NCBI RefSeq assembly: GCF_013149785.1
Contig: NZ_JABEZU010000002.1
Location: 868,001-932,000, forward strand
From: Isoptericola halotolerans
GTDB taxonomy: Bacteria > Actinomycetota > Actinomycetes > Actinomycetales > Cellulomonadaceae
Direction of reading: 5' to 3'
DNA: 64,000 nucleotides
Position 1 is the first letter of the stretch; every line of letters starts with the position of its first letter. Both the position numbers and the translations under genes were made by a program. Of this stretch, positions 18,625 through 27,300 are shown piece after piece. The notes below the pieces were generated by a model. The model ran no database searches. It was not told where the DNA came from and was given only the letters and a program-made list of their open reading frames with translations.

Positions 18625-19992
18625 TCAGCCGGCGGAGCAGCCGACCTCGGCGCCCGACGGCGCGGCGCCGGAACCGATGAACCCGTACGACGTCGTCGCC
18701 CCGGTGCCGAGCGTGCCGTTCCACGGCGCGTGCGTGACGGTGACGCCGTCGCCGGCGAGGGTGCCGCCCCAGAGCTGGGAGACCACGATGCCTGCGGGCA
18801 GGGTGGTGCTCCAGCCGTTCAGGGCGTCCCCGGCGGTGAGGGTGACGTCGGCCTGGTAGCCGCCCTGCCAGGAGCCGACGACGGTGAGCGCGGCGGTGCA
18901 GGAGCCGTCACCCGGGTCCTCGGTCGGGTCGGGGTCCGGGGTCGGGTCCGGGTCGGGCGTCGGGTCGGGGTCCGGGGCGCCGCCGAAGACGGAGGCCTCG
19001 ACGGAGGTCTCCGAGAGACCGTCCGGTCCGGTGAAGATGCGCTCGCCCCAGGGCGACGGGTTCGTCACGTCGAAGCCCTCGACCAGGTCGAGGTACTCCA
19101 CGGGGCTGCCGTTGCCGCTCCACGACCAGGCGAGCCAGCCGATCCCGAGGCGCTCGCTCTCGGCGAGGATCGTGTCCAGGGCGACGCTGCCGTCGGAGTG
19201 GTCCCAGCCGAACTCGCCGATCATCAGGGGCAGCCCGGCGTCGACGAAGTGCTCCAGGTACTGGGTGACGGTGGAGCCCTGGGCGTACACGCCGTACATG
19301 TGCACGGAGAAGATCGTGTTGGCGTCGGGGTCGGCCGCCGCGACGAGCGGGGCCTGGTCGCGCATGGTGTGCGTCCAGTCCTGCCCCCAGTTCGGGGCGT
19401 CGACCACCAGGACGTGCTCGTAGCCGACGTGGCGCAGCCGGTGGATGGCGGCGGAGGTGTCGTCGGCCCACCCGGCGTTGACCGCGGCGTCGTTGCCGTA
19501 GGGCTCGTTGCCGATGTTGACCATGATGTGGTCCTCGCTGCCGGCGAGCGTGGGGTAGAGGTACTCCCAGTAGTCGGCGGCCTGGTCGAGGGTGGCGGCG
19601 CCCGCCTGCTCGCCGTAGCCGGTGGTGTCGTGCACCTCGAGCTGGCAGATCAGCCGGTTCGCCTCGCACTGGTCGACGATGGTCGCGACCTCGGCGGAGT
19701 CGGTGCGGGTCCAGCGGTCGCCGCTGGCGAGCACCACGCGCACGGCGTTGGCGTCGACCGACTTGATGTCGGCCAGTGCCTGGGTGGTGGTGTGCGTGTA
19801 CCAGGCGTGCGGGTGGTTGACGCCGCGCAGCACCAGGTCGGTGCCGTCGGCCTCGAGGAGGCGGCCGTCGGTGACGTGGAGGCCGGGTGGTTCGTCCGCG
19901 GCGGCCGACTGCGCGGCCAGCGCGGTCAGTCCTCCGGCCGCGAGCGCGGCTGCTGCGATGCCCGCGACGCTGCGGGTGCGAATGGTCGTCAT
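18625..19992 (-). CDS. Secreted GH5 endo-beta-1,4-mannanase (GH5_8-like) with Pro/Asp/Thr linker and C-terminal CBM2
   Basis: Signal peptide ending AAA-D; LRGVNHPHAWY, EVHDTTG, NIGNEP (acid/base), DAPNWGQD, SVHMY, IGEFG (nucleophile), WSWSGN; CBM2 C..W.GGYQA...WNG...GF.G..C. Confidence 0.9.
   Translation of the reverse strand: MTTIRTRSVAGIAAAALAAGGLTALAAQSAAADEPPGLHVTDGRLLEADGTDLVLRGVNHPHAWYTHTTTQALADIKSVDANAVRVVLASGDRWTRTDSAEVATIVDQCEANRLICQLEVHDTTGYGEQAGAATLDQAADYWEYLYPTLAGSEDHIMVNIGNEPYGNDAAVNAGWADDTSAAIHRLRHVGYEHVLVVDAPNWGQDWTHTMRDQAPLVAAADPDANTIFSVHMYGVYAQGSTVTQYLEHFVDAGLPLMIGEFGWDHSDGSVALDTILAESERLGIGWLAWSWSGNGSPVEYLDLVEGFDVTNPSPWGERIFTGPDGLSETSVEASVFGGAPDPDPTPDPDPTPDPDPTEDPGDGSCTAALTVVGSWQGGYQADVTLTAGDALNGWSTTLPAGIVVSQLWGGTLAGDGVTVTHAPWNGTLGTGATTSYGFIGSGAAPSGAEVGCSAG
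18918..18977 (-). repeat. Coding tandem repeat for the PDPDPT linker
   Basis: Translates PDPDPTPDPDPTPDPDPTE; degenerate 18-bp period; ends approximate. Confidence 0.8.
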
Positions 19993-20064
19993 GCGAGTTC
20001 CTCTCGGTCTCGTTGCCCTCTGCACGGTCACCGTGCAGGGGGAAGGGGCTCTGCCACCAGAGCA

Positions 20065-20076
20065 TTAAGCGTTTAA
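20065..20076. promoter_or_regulatory. LacI-type operator-like palindrome upstream of the mannanase
   Basis: TTAAGCGTTTAA, one mismatch from perfect TTAAGCGCTTAA, central CG, strikingly AT-rich for this DNA. Confidence 0.55.
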
Positions 20077-20134
20077 GTTAGCATCGTCCGTCACCCGTGT
20101 CGGGTCCCACCCGGACGTTCTGTGTCCGGCGCCT

Positions 20135-20220
20135 CTCACGGCGCGCAGAGCGCGAGTGAGCAAGATGTTCCCGTGGGGTAACCACCACCTGACGGTGTGG
20201 TCACGGCCGCTGCCTAGGTT
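20135..20220 (+). promoter_or_regulatory. nirB promoter: NnaR-like box, GlnR-like boxes, leaderless -10
   Basis: CTCAC-N16-GTGAG (20135-20160); GTTCC/GTAAC/CTGAC/GTCAC at exact 11-bp period (20167-20204); TAGGTT 20215-20220 ending 6 nt before ATG. Confidence 0.75.
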
Positions 20221-20226
20221 CGAGTC

Positions 20227-22926
20227 ATGACCAGCGATCCCCCCACCTCAGGCAGCAGCACCCCGGGTGCCGACCGCCGTCACGTCGTCGTCGTCGGCGG
20301 CGGGATGGTCGCGCAGCGCTTCGTCGAGGCCCTGCGCGCCCGCGACACCGCCGGCGAGTGGCGCGTCAGCCTCTTCGCCGAGGAGCCGCGCAAGCCGTAC
20401 GACCGCGTCGGCCTCACCCGCTACTTCGAGGTGCGCGACGCCGAGGAGCTCACCCTCGGCGACCCCGCGCTCTGGGACGACCCGCTCGTCGAGCTGCACC
20501 GCGACTGCACGGTCGTCGCCATCGACCGGGAGGCCCGGACGGTCACCGACCGCCTCGGCAACGTCCACCCCTACGACGAGCTGGTGCTGGCCACCGGGTC
20601 GAACGCGGCGCGCCCGCCGATCCCCGGCAACGACCTGCCCGGCGTCTTCGTCTACCGCACCATCGACGACGTCGCCGAGCTGCGCGGCTGGGTCGAGGCC
20701 AAGCGCGAGGCGGGCCGCGTCGAGACCCGGGGCGGCGTCGTCGAGAAGCCCGTCCGCGGCGCCGTGATCGGCGGCGGTCTGCTCGGGCTCGAGGCCGCCG
20801 GTGCCCTCAAGGCGCTCGGCGCCCAGGCCACGGTGATCGAGTTCGGCACGCACCTGATGGGCGTGCAGGTCGACCTCGGGGGCGGGCAGGCCCTCAAGCG
20901 CCTCATCAACGACAAGGGCATCGCGGTGCGTGCCGAGACCGCCACGAAGGAGATGAAGCCGCACCGCCGCACCGGCCACGTGGGACGCATGGACTTCGCC
21001 GACGGCGGCCGCCTCGACGTCGACGTCGTCGTCATGGCCACCGGCGTGCGGCCCCGCGACGAGCTCGCCCGCGAGGCCGGGCTGCCGGTCGGCGAGCGCG
21101 GCGGCGCCGTCGTCGACCTGTCCTGCCGCACCGAGGACCCGCACGTGTGGGCGATCGGCGAGGTGGCCTGCATCGAGGGCCGGTGCATCGGTCTGGTCGC
21201 ACCGGGCAACACGATGGCCGAGGTCGTCGTCGACCAGCTCCTCGGCGGCGAGGCCGAGTTCCCCGGTGCGGACACCGCCACCAAGCTCAAGCTGTCCGGC
21301 GTCGACGTCGCCTCGTTCGGTGACGCGCACGGCCGCACCGAGGACTGCATCGAGATCGTCTGGGCCGACCCGACCGCGGGCGTCTACAAGAAGCTCGTCA
21401 TGTCCGACGACGCGAAGACGCTGCTCGGTGGCGTGTTCGTCGGGGACGCCGCGCCCTATGCCTCGCTGCGCCCCATGCTGGGTGCCGAGCTGCCCGGTGA
21501 CCCGGCCGCGTTCCTGCTGCCCGAGGGCACCGGCGGCGCCCCGGACATCGAGCTCCCGGACGAGGCGAACGTCTGCTCCTGCAACAACGTCTCCGCGGGC
21601 ACCATCCGCGGTGCGGTCACCGACCACGACTGCACGTCGGTCGGCGACGTCAAGAGCTGCACCAAGGCCGGCACCACCTGCGGCGCCTGCCTGCCCCTGG
21701 TCAAGAAGATCACCGAGACCGAGATGACCAAGGCCGGCATCGAGGTCAGCACCGCGCTGTGCGAGCACTTCGAGATGTCCCGCGCGCAGCTCTTCGACGC
21801 CGTGCGCGTGGCGGAGCTGCACTCGTTCACCGAGATCATCGGACGGTTCGGCGTCGTGCCCGAGGGCGCCTCGAGCCCGGGGCGCGGCTGCGACATCTGC
21901 AAGCCCGTGGTCGGCTCGATCCTGGCCAGCCAGGGCAACGGCCACATCCTGTCCGGCGAGCAGTCGACGCTGCAGGACACCAACGACCACATGCTCGCCA
22001 ACATGCAGAAGGACGGCACCTACTCGGTGGTGCCGCGGATGCCCGGTGGCGAGGTCACGCCCGAGGGGCTCATCGTCGTCGGGCAGGTCGCGAAGGACTT
22101 CGGTCTCTACACGAAGATCACCGGTGGGCAGCGCATCGACATGTTCGGCGCCCGCGTCGAGCAGCTCCCGCAGATCTGGAAGCGCCTGGTCGAGGCCGGC
22201 TTCGAGTCCGGACACGCCTACGGCAAGTCGCTGCGCACCGTGAAGTCCTGCGTCGGCTCCACCTGGTGCCGCTACGGCGTGCAGGACTCGGTCGGCATGG
22301 CCGTCGAGCTCGAGCTGCGCTACCGCGGTCTGCGCTCGCCGCACAAGCTCAAGATGGGTGTCTCCGGGTGTGCACGCGAGTGCGCCGAGGCGCGTGGCAA
22401 GGACGTCGGTGTCATCGCGACCGACAAGGGCTGGAACCTCTACGTCGGCGGCAACGGTGGCCAGACGCCCAAGCACGCGCTGCTCATCGCCGAGGACCTC
22501 GACACCGCCACCCTGCTGACCACCATCGACCGGTTCCTCATGCTGTACATCCGTACCGCGGACCGCCTGCAGCGCACCGCGCCCTGGGTGGAGGAGTACG
22601 AGGGCGGCCTCGACGCCATCCGTGACGTGATCATGGCCGACTCCCTCGGAATCGCCGAGGACCTCGACGCCGCCATGGCCGCTCACGTCGAGGGGTACGA
22701 GGACGAGTGGAAGGCCGTGCTGGAGGACCCGGAGAAGCTCGCGCGGTTCGGCTCGTTCGTCAACGCGCCGTCGACGCCGGACCCTGCGCTGGCCTACGTC
22801 CCCGAGCGTGGGCAGAAGCGCCCCGCCACCCCCGAGGAGATCGCCGCCGGGCCCGACGGCCCGGTCGACCCCTCGCTCACCGGACCGGTCCTCGTGGCCG
22901 GCGCCACGCTGGAGGTCCGCGCATGA
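20227..22926 (+). CDS. nirB: NADH-dependent nitrite reductase large subunit
   Basis: VVVGGGMV, IGGGLLGLEAA, CSCNNV..GTTCGAC, LQDTNDHMLANMQKDGTYSVVPR, KSCVGSTWC, VSGCARECAEA. Confidence 0.97.
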   Translation: MTSDPPTSGSSTPGADRRHVVVVGGGMVAQRFVEALRARDTAGEWRVSLFAEEPRKPYDRVGLTRYFEVRDAEELTLGDPALWDDPLVELHRDCTVVAIDREARTVTDRLGNVHPYDELVLATGSNAARPPIPGNDLPGVFVYRTIDDVAELRGWVEAKREAGRVETRGGVVEKPVRGAVIGGGLLGLEAAGALKALGAQATVIEFGTHLMGVQVDLGGGQALKRLINDKGIAVRAETATKEMKPHRRTGHVGRMDFADGGRLDVDVVVMATGVRPRDELAREAGLPVGERGGAVVDLSCRTEDPHVWAIGEVACIEGRCIGLVAPGNTMAEVVVDQLLGGEAEFPGADTATKLKLSGVDVASFGDAHGRTEDCIEIVWADPTAGVYKKLVMSDDAKTLLGGVFVGDAAPYASLRPMLGAELPGDPAAFLLPEGTGGAPDIELPDEANVCSCNNVSAGTIRGAVTDHDCTSVGDVKSCTKAGTTCGACLPLVKKITETEMTKAGIEVSTALCEHFEMSRAQLFDAVRVAELHSFTEIIGRFGVVPEGASSPGRGCDICKPVVGSILASQGNGHILSGEQSTLQDTNDHMLANMQKDGTYSVVPRMPGGEVTPEGLIVVGQVAKDFGLYTKITGGQRIDMFGARVEQLPQIWKRLVEAGFESGHAYGKSLRTVKSCVGSTWCRYGVQDSVGMAVELELRYRGLRSPHKLKMGVSGCARECAEARGKDVGVIATDKGWNLYVGGNGGQTPKHALLIAEDLDTATLLTTIDRFLMLYIRTADRLQRTAPWVEEYEGGLDAIRDVIMADSLGIAEDLDAAMAAHVEGYEDEWKAVLEDPEKLARFGSFVNAPSTPDPALAYVPERGQKRPATPEEIAAGPDGPVDPSLTGPVLVAGATLEVRA

Positions 22927-23333
22927 CCGTCACCGACAACCCGCCCGCGTCCCCGGTGGGGAGCGCCGTCGCCCGATGGGCCCCCGTCTGCCGGCTCGAC
23001 GACCTCGTGCCCGAGCGGGGTGCGGCGGCCCTGCTGGAACGCACCGACGGGACGACCGTGCAGGTCGCCGTCTTCCGTCTGCTGGACGACACGGTGCGTG
23101 CCGTCCAGCAGCTCGACCCGTACTCCGGCGCGAACGTCATGTCCCGCGGCATCGTCGGCAGCCGGGGCGAGGAACCGACCGTCGCCTCGCCGATCTACAA
23201 GCAGGTCTTCGCCCTGGCCACCGGCCGCTGCCTCGAGTCGGGCGGCAAGACTCCGAAGCCGGGGCTGGACGCCCACCTGGAGCTCTTCGCCACCGAGGTG
23301 CGCGACGGCGTCGTGCACGTCGGGCTGGTCTGA
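22923..23333 (+). CDS. nirD: Nitrite reductase small subunit
   Basis: VCRLDDLVPERGAAA, DPYSGANVMSRGIVG, VASPIYKQVF.LATGRCL; ATGA overlap. Confidence 0.94.
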   Translation: MTVTDNPPASPVGSAVARWAPVCRLDDLVPERGAAALLERTDGTTVQVAVFRLLDDTVRAVQQLDPYSGANVMSRGIVGSRGEEPTVASPIYKQVFALATGRCLESGGKTPKPGLDAHLELFATEVRDGVVHVGLV

Positions 23334-23334
23334 C

Positions 23335-24123
23335 ATGACCGGCCGGGGGCGAGTCACCCTCGTCGGGGCGGGCCCCGGCGCCGCCGACCTGCTCACCTAC
23401 CGGGCCTGGCGGGCGATCGCCCAGGCCGACGTCGTCGTCCACGACCGGCTGGTCCCTCTCGAGGTGCTCGACGACCTCGGCGAGGACGTGGAGGTCATCG
23501 ACGTCGGCAAGGCGCCCGGGAAGCACAAGGTGCCCCAGGACGGGATCAACGCGCTGCTCGTGCAGCACGCCCTCGCCGGGCGCCGCGTGGTCCGGCTCAA
23601 GGGCGGCGACCCGTTCGTCTTCGGCCGCGGTGGCGAGGAGCACGCGGCCTGCACGGCGGCCGGGGTCGGCGTCGACGTCGTCCCCGGCGTCTCCTCGGCC
23701 CTGGCGGTCCCGGCGCTCGCGGGCGTCCCGCTGACGCACCGCGGCACGACGACGGCGTTCCACGTCGTCACCGCGCACACGCGCTCCGGTGAGCAGGAGC
23801 TGGACGACGTCGCGGTGGCCTGCGTCACGCAGCGGGCGGCTACGCTGGTGATCCTCATGGGGGTGTCCTCGCTCCCGGCGATCGTGACCCGGCTGCTCGA
23901 CGCCGGAGCGGACCCGGACACCCCCGTGGCGATCGTGGAACGCGGGTCGACGCCGGAGCAACGGGTGACCCGTGTCGGGCTGGACCTGGCGGCCAAGCGG
24001 GCCGACGAGCTCGGGGTACGCGCGCCCGCCGTGATCGTCGTCGGGGACGTGGCGGCCGAGGGCCTGCTGGAGGGATCGAGTGAGCGAGGCGGAGAAGGCG
24101 TCCTGGGGGACCCGCGTGGCTGA
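23335..24123 (+). CDS. cobA: Uroporphyrinogen-III C-methyltransferase (siroheme branch)
   Basis: VTLVGAGPG..DLLT, VRLKGGDPFVFGRGGEE, VPGVSSA, PAVIVVGDV. Confidence 0.93.
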   Translation: MTGRGRVTLVGAGPGAADLLTYRAWRAIAQADVVVHDRLVPLEVLDDLGEDVEVIDVGKAPGKHKVPQDGINALLVQHALAGRRVVRLKGGDPFVFGRGGEEHAACTAAGVGVDVVPGVSSALAVPALAGVPLTHRGTTTAFHVVTAHTRSGEQELDDVAVACVTQRAATLVILMGVSSLPAIVTRLLDAGADPDTPVAIVERGSTPEQRVTRVGLDLAAKRADELGVRAPAVIVVGDVAAEGLLEGSSERGGEGVLGDPRG

Positions 24124-25252
24124 CACCTCGACGCGTCCTGCCCTGGGGCAGGTCATGGCGGGGTGCACCGTCCTGGTCACCGCGGACCGGCGCTCGGGCG
24201 AGCTCGCCGCCGCCCTCGAGCGTCGCGGCGCCGCGATCCGCCACGCGCCGGCGCTGAGCATGATCCCGCACGTGGACGACGACGCCCTCGTCGCGGCGAC
24301 GGCCGACCTCATCGCGGACCCGCCCGACGTCGTCGTCGCCACCACCGGGGTCGGCTTCCGTGCCTGGGTCGAGGCCGCGGACGCGCACGGCCTGGCCGAC
24401 GACCTGCTGCGGGTGCTCGGCGAGGCGCGCATCGTGGCCCGCGGTCCCAAGGCGCGCGGGGCGGTCCAGGCCGCCGGGCTCGCCGCCGACTGGGTCGCGG
24501 AGTCCGAGACGTCCGCCGAGGTGGCCGAGGTGCTGCTCAGCGAGGGCGTCGGTGGTCTGCACGTGGCGATCCAGCACCACGGTGCCGGGGCGGACGGTCT
24601 GGACGAGGTCTTCGCCAAGGCCGGGGCGCAGGTGTCCCCGCTGGTCGTGTACCGCTGGGGTCCGGCGCCGGACCCGGACGCGGTGCGGGCCTCGGTGCGC
24701 GCCGCGGCCGACGGCGAGGTCGACGCCGTGGTCTTCACCTCGGCACCCGGCGCCGAGGCCTGGATGGAGGCCGTGGAGTCCGCCGGTGTGCGGGACGAGG
24801 TGGTGTCCCGCTGCCAGACGGGCGAGATGGTGGTCGCCTCCGTCGGTCCGGTCACGTCGCGCCCGCTCGCGGCGCGCGGCATCACCCCGCTCGAGCCCGA
24901 GCGGGGTCGGCTGGGTGCGTTGGTCCGGGCGTTGGTGGGCCACTACGAGCACATCGAGTCCGTCGCGCTGAGCACCGTCGCGGGTCCGCTGCTGATCCGT
25001 GCCCGCGTGGCCGTGCTGGACGGGCAGGTGCTGCCGTTGTCACCGACGGGCGTCGAGGTGCTGCGGCTGCTCGCCTCCGCCGGCGGGGACGTCGTCTCCC
25101 GCGACCAGGTGCTCGAGGTGCTGCCCGGCGTCTCCCGCGACGGGCACGCCGTCGAGGTGGCCGTGGCGCGGCTGCGCGAGGCCGCCGGTCGCCGCGACCT
25201 GATCAAGACGGTCGTCAAGCGCGGGTACCGGCTCGAGCTCGCGCACGGCTGA
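24080..25252 (+). CDS. nnaR: NnaR-type nitrate/nitrite assimilation regulator (HemD-like domain + C-terminal winged helix); alternative start GTG 24116
   Basis: VTADRRSGEL, TTGVGFRAW.EAAD, ARGPKARGA, FTSAP, then LSP....LRLLA...HAVEVAVARLR...IKTVVKRGYRL. Confidence 0.85.
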   Translation: MSEAEKASWGTRVADTSTRPALGQVMAGCTVLVTADRRSGELAAALERRGAAIRHAPALSMIPHVDDDALVAATADLIADPPDVVVATTGVGFRAWVEAADAHGLADDLLRVLGEARIVARGPKARGAVQAAGLAADWVAESETSAEVAEVLLSEGVGGLHVAIQHHGAGADGLDEVFAKAGAQVSPLVVYRWGPAPDPDAVRASVRAAADGEVDAVVFTSAPGAEAWMEAVESAGVRDEVVSRCQTGEMVVASVGPVTSRPLAARGITPLEPERGRLGALVRALVGHYEHIESVALSTVAGPLLIRARVAVLDGQVLPLSPTGVEVLRLLASAGGDVVSRDQVLEVLPGVSRDGHAVEVAVARLREAAGRRDLIKTVVKRGYRLELAHG

Positions 25253-25258
25253 CCGCCG

Positions 25259-26557
25259 TCAAGGGCCCCGGTCCGGCGCGGGCAGCGTCACCGTGGCCCG
25301 CAAGCCGCCCAGCAGGCTGTCGCCCAGCGTGACGTCGCCCCCGTGCTCCCGGGCGATCTCGCGCGCGATGGCCAGGCCGAGCCCCGTGCCGCCCTCGTCC
25401 CGGCCGCGGGCCGACCCGAGCCGGGTGAACCTCTCGAAGACGCGGTCGCGGTCCGGTGCGGGGACCCCCGGGCCGTCGTCGTCCACCGTCACCACGCCGT
25501 CGCGCACCTCGACGACGACCCGCTCGCGGGCGAACCGGCGCGCGTTGTCCACCAGGTTGCGCACGACGCGCCCGACGGCGGAGGGGTCGGCCGTCGCGCG
25601 GCCCTCGCCGCGGACCTCGACGCCCGCCGCGGCCTCCCGGACCACCTCGGCCAGGTCGACCGCGCGAACCTCCAGGGGTGCGGCCCCGACCCGGGCCAGG
25701 ACGAGCAGGTCGTCGGCGAGCGCCTGCATGCGGGCCACCTCGTGCTCCAGGTCCGCCGTCAGCTCTGCGCTCTCGTACGCCTCCGGGTGCGCCCGTGCGA
25801 CCTCCAGGCTGGTGCGCAGGGCGGCGATCGGCGAGCGCAGCTCGTGGGCGGCGTCCGCCACGAAGCTCTGCTGCCGCTGCGCCGACGCGTCCAGCCGGTC
25901 CAGCATCTCGTTGAGGGTCCGGGCCAGGGCGGCGATCTCTCGGGCGGGGGGCACCGGCAGCGTGCCCGGCCCCCCGACGTCGCTGACCCGGGCGGCGCCG
26001 GCGCGCAGCTCCTCGACGGGCCGCAGCGCACGTCCGAGCACGACCCACGTGACGAGCCCGAGGGTGAGGGTCAGCAGCGGGACCACCACGCCGAGCGAGA
26101 GGCGCAGCGCGTCCAGCGCCCCCTCGATCGTGCCCAGCGGCAGGGCGGCCACCACGCGCTGCCCGTCGGGCGCCGTCCCGACGAGCACGCGCACCGGCCC
26201 GGTCCCGTAGGCCGCGTCGTCGCGGGTCGAGGTGCCGTCGGGGGTCTCCTCGAGCACCTCGGGCGCCAGGACGGGCAGCGTCCGGCTCGCGTTGGGCGAC
26301 GTCGCCACCACCCGGCCCGAGGTGTCGACCAGCTGCACGACCTCGCCCGGCTCGTCGGCGGAGAGAACTCGCGGGACGCGGTCCTCGGCCACGAGCGTCG
26401 AGACCTGCTCGAGGGTGCCGACCAGGATGGCGTCGGTCGCGGCGATCCTGCTCTGGGAGACGACGGTGGTCAGCAGCAGCGCCCCGACCGCCAGGGTGAT
26501 GCCGGTCAGCCCGGCCGCCGCGAGGGTCAGGCGCAGGCGCAGCGACCAGGCGCTCAC
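25259..26557 (-). CDS. Sensor histidine kinase with HAMP domain
   Basis: Two TM segments, FVADAAHELRSPI, NLVDNA, DDDGPGV, GGTGLGLAI. Confidence 0.93.
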   Translation of the reverse strand: MSAWSLRLRLTLAAAGLTGITLAVGALLLTTVVSQSRIAATDAILVGTLEQVSTLVAEDRVPRVLSADEPGEVVQLVDTSGRVVATSPNASRTLPVLAPEVLEETPDGTSTRDDAAYGTGPVRVLVGTAPDGQRVVAALPLGTIEGALDALRLSLGVVVPLLTLTLGLVTWVVLGRALRPVEELRAGAARVSDVGGPGTLPVPPAREIAALARTLNEMLDRLDASAQRQQSFVADAAHELRSPIAALRTSLEVARAHPEAYESAELTADLEHEVARMQALADDLLVLARVGAAPLEVRAVDLAEVVREAAAGVEVRGEGRATADPSAVGRVVRNLVDNARRFARERVVVEVRDGVVTVDDDGPGVPAPDRDRVFERFTRLGSARGRDEGGTGLGLAIAREIAREHGGDVTLGDSLLGGLRATVTLPAPDRGP

Positions 26558-27213
26558 CGCCCCACGACCCGGTAGCCGACGCCGCGCACCGTCTCGATCG
26601 TCTCCCGGCCGAGCTTGCGCCGCAGGTAGCCGACGTAGACCTCCACGACGTTGAGGTCGTCGCCCGCCGCGTCCCAGACGTGGTCACGCAGCTCGATCTT
26701 GCTCAGCACCTCGCCCGGCCTGCGCATCAGCTGCTCGAGCAGCGCCGTCTCGCGGGTGGTGAGCGCGACGGGTTCCTCGTCCCGGTGGACCTCGCGCGTG
26801 GCGGGGTCCAGCTCCAGGCGTCCCACCCGCAGGACGGCGGGCCGCGGCGGGGCCCCGCGTCGCAGGAGCGCACGCAGCCGGGCCACCAGCACGGTGAAGG
26901 CGAACGGCTTGGGCAGGTAGTCGTCCGCCCCGACGTCCAGGCCGCCGGCCACGTCGGCGTCGCTGTCCCGGGCGCTGAGGATCAGCACGGGCGTCCAGAC
27001 CTGCTCGCCGCGCATCGTGCGGAGCACGTCGACGCCCGAGCGGCCCGGGAGCATGAGGTCGAGCACGACGACGTCGTGCCCTCCCTCCAGCGCCAGCTGC
27101 AGGCCGGTGTCGCCGTCGGAGGCCACGTCGACGGCGAACCCCTCGGCCTGCAGCCCCCGGCGCAGCGCCCGCGAGAGCACCTGCTCGTCCTCCACCACCA
27201 GTACGCGCACCAC
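26554..27213 (-). CDS. OmpR-family response regulator
   Basis: VLVVEDE, LDLMLPG, GADDYLPKPF, NVVEVYVGYLRRKL, ETVRGVGY. Confidence 0.95.
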   Translation of the reverse strand: MVRVLVVEDEQVLSRALRRGLQAEGFAVDVASDGDTGLQLALEGGHDVVVLDLMLPGRSGVDVLRTMRGEQVWTPVLILSARDSDADVAGGLDVGADDYLPKPFAFTVLVARLRALLRRGAPPRPAVLRVGRLELDPATREVHRDEEPVALTTRETALLEQLMRRPGEVLSKIELRDHVWDAAGDDLNVVEVYVGYLRRKLGRETIETVRGVGYRVVGR

Positions 27214-27260
27214 CGCAGCATGGCACCCGCGAGCACGGCGTGCGTCCTCAGCCCGTGCCT

Positions 27261-27294
27261 TCTCAGGCTCGTCTCAGGCGCCGTCACGCACAGT
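27261..27294 (+). promoter_or_regulatory. MprA-box-like direct repeat and leaderless -10
   Basis: TCTCAGGC at 27261 and 27272 (11-bp period); CACAGT 27289-27294 ending 6 nt before ATG 27301. Confidence 0.65.
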
Positions 27295-27300
27295 GGTCCC

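Noticed and set aside
18918..18977. Tandem GGGTC repeats as a possible CRISPR or VNTR
   Set aside because: Explained as the PDPDPT linker of the mannanase; no unique spacers and no cas genes
20248..22686. Long antisense ORFs over nirB (similar ones over phoX, hsdR and the ABC genes)
   Set aside because: Stop-poor mirror frames of high-GC genes with no recognisable motifs
24080..25252. Annotation as plain uroporphyrinogen-III synthase HemD
   Set aside because: C-terminal winged-helix domain and nitrate-cluster context fit NnaR better
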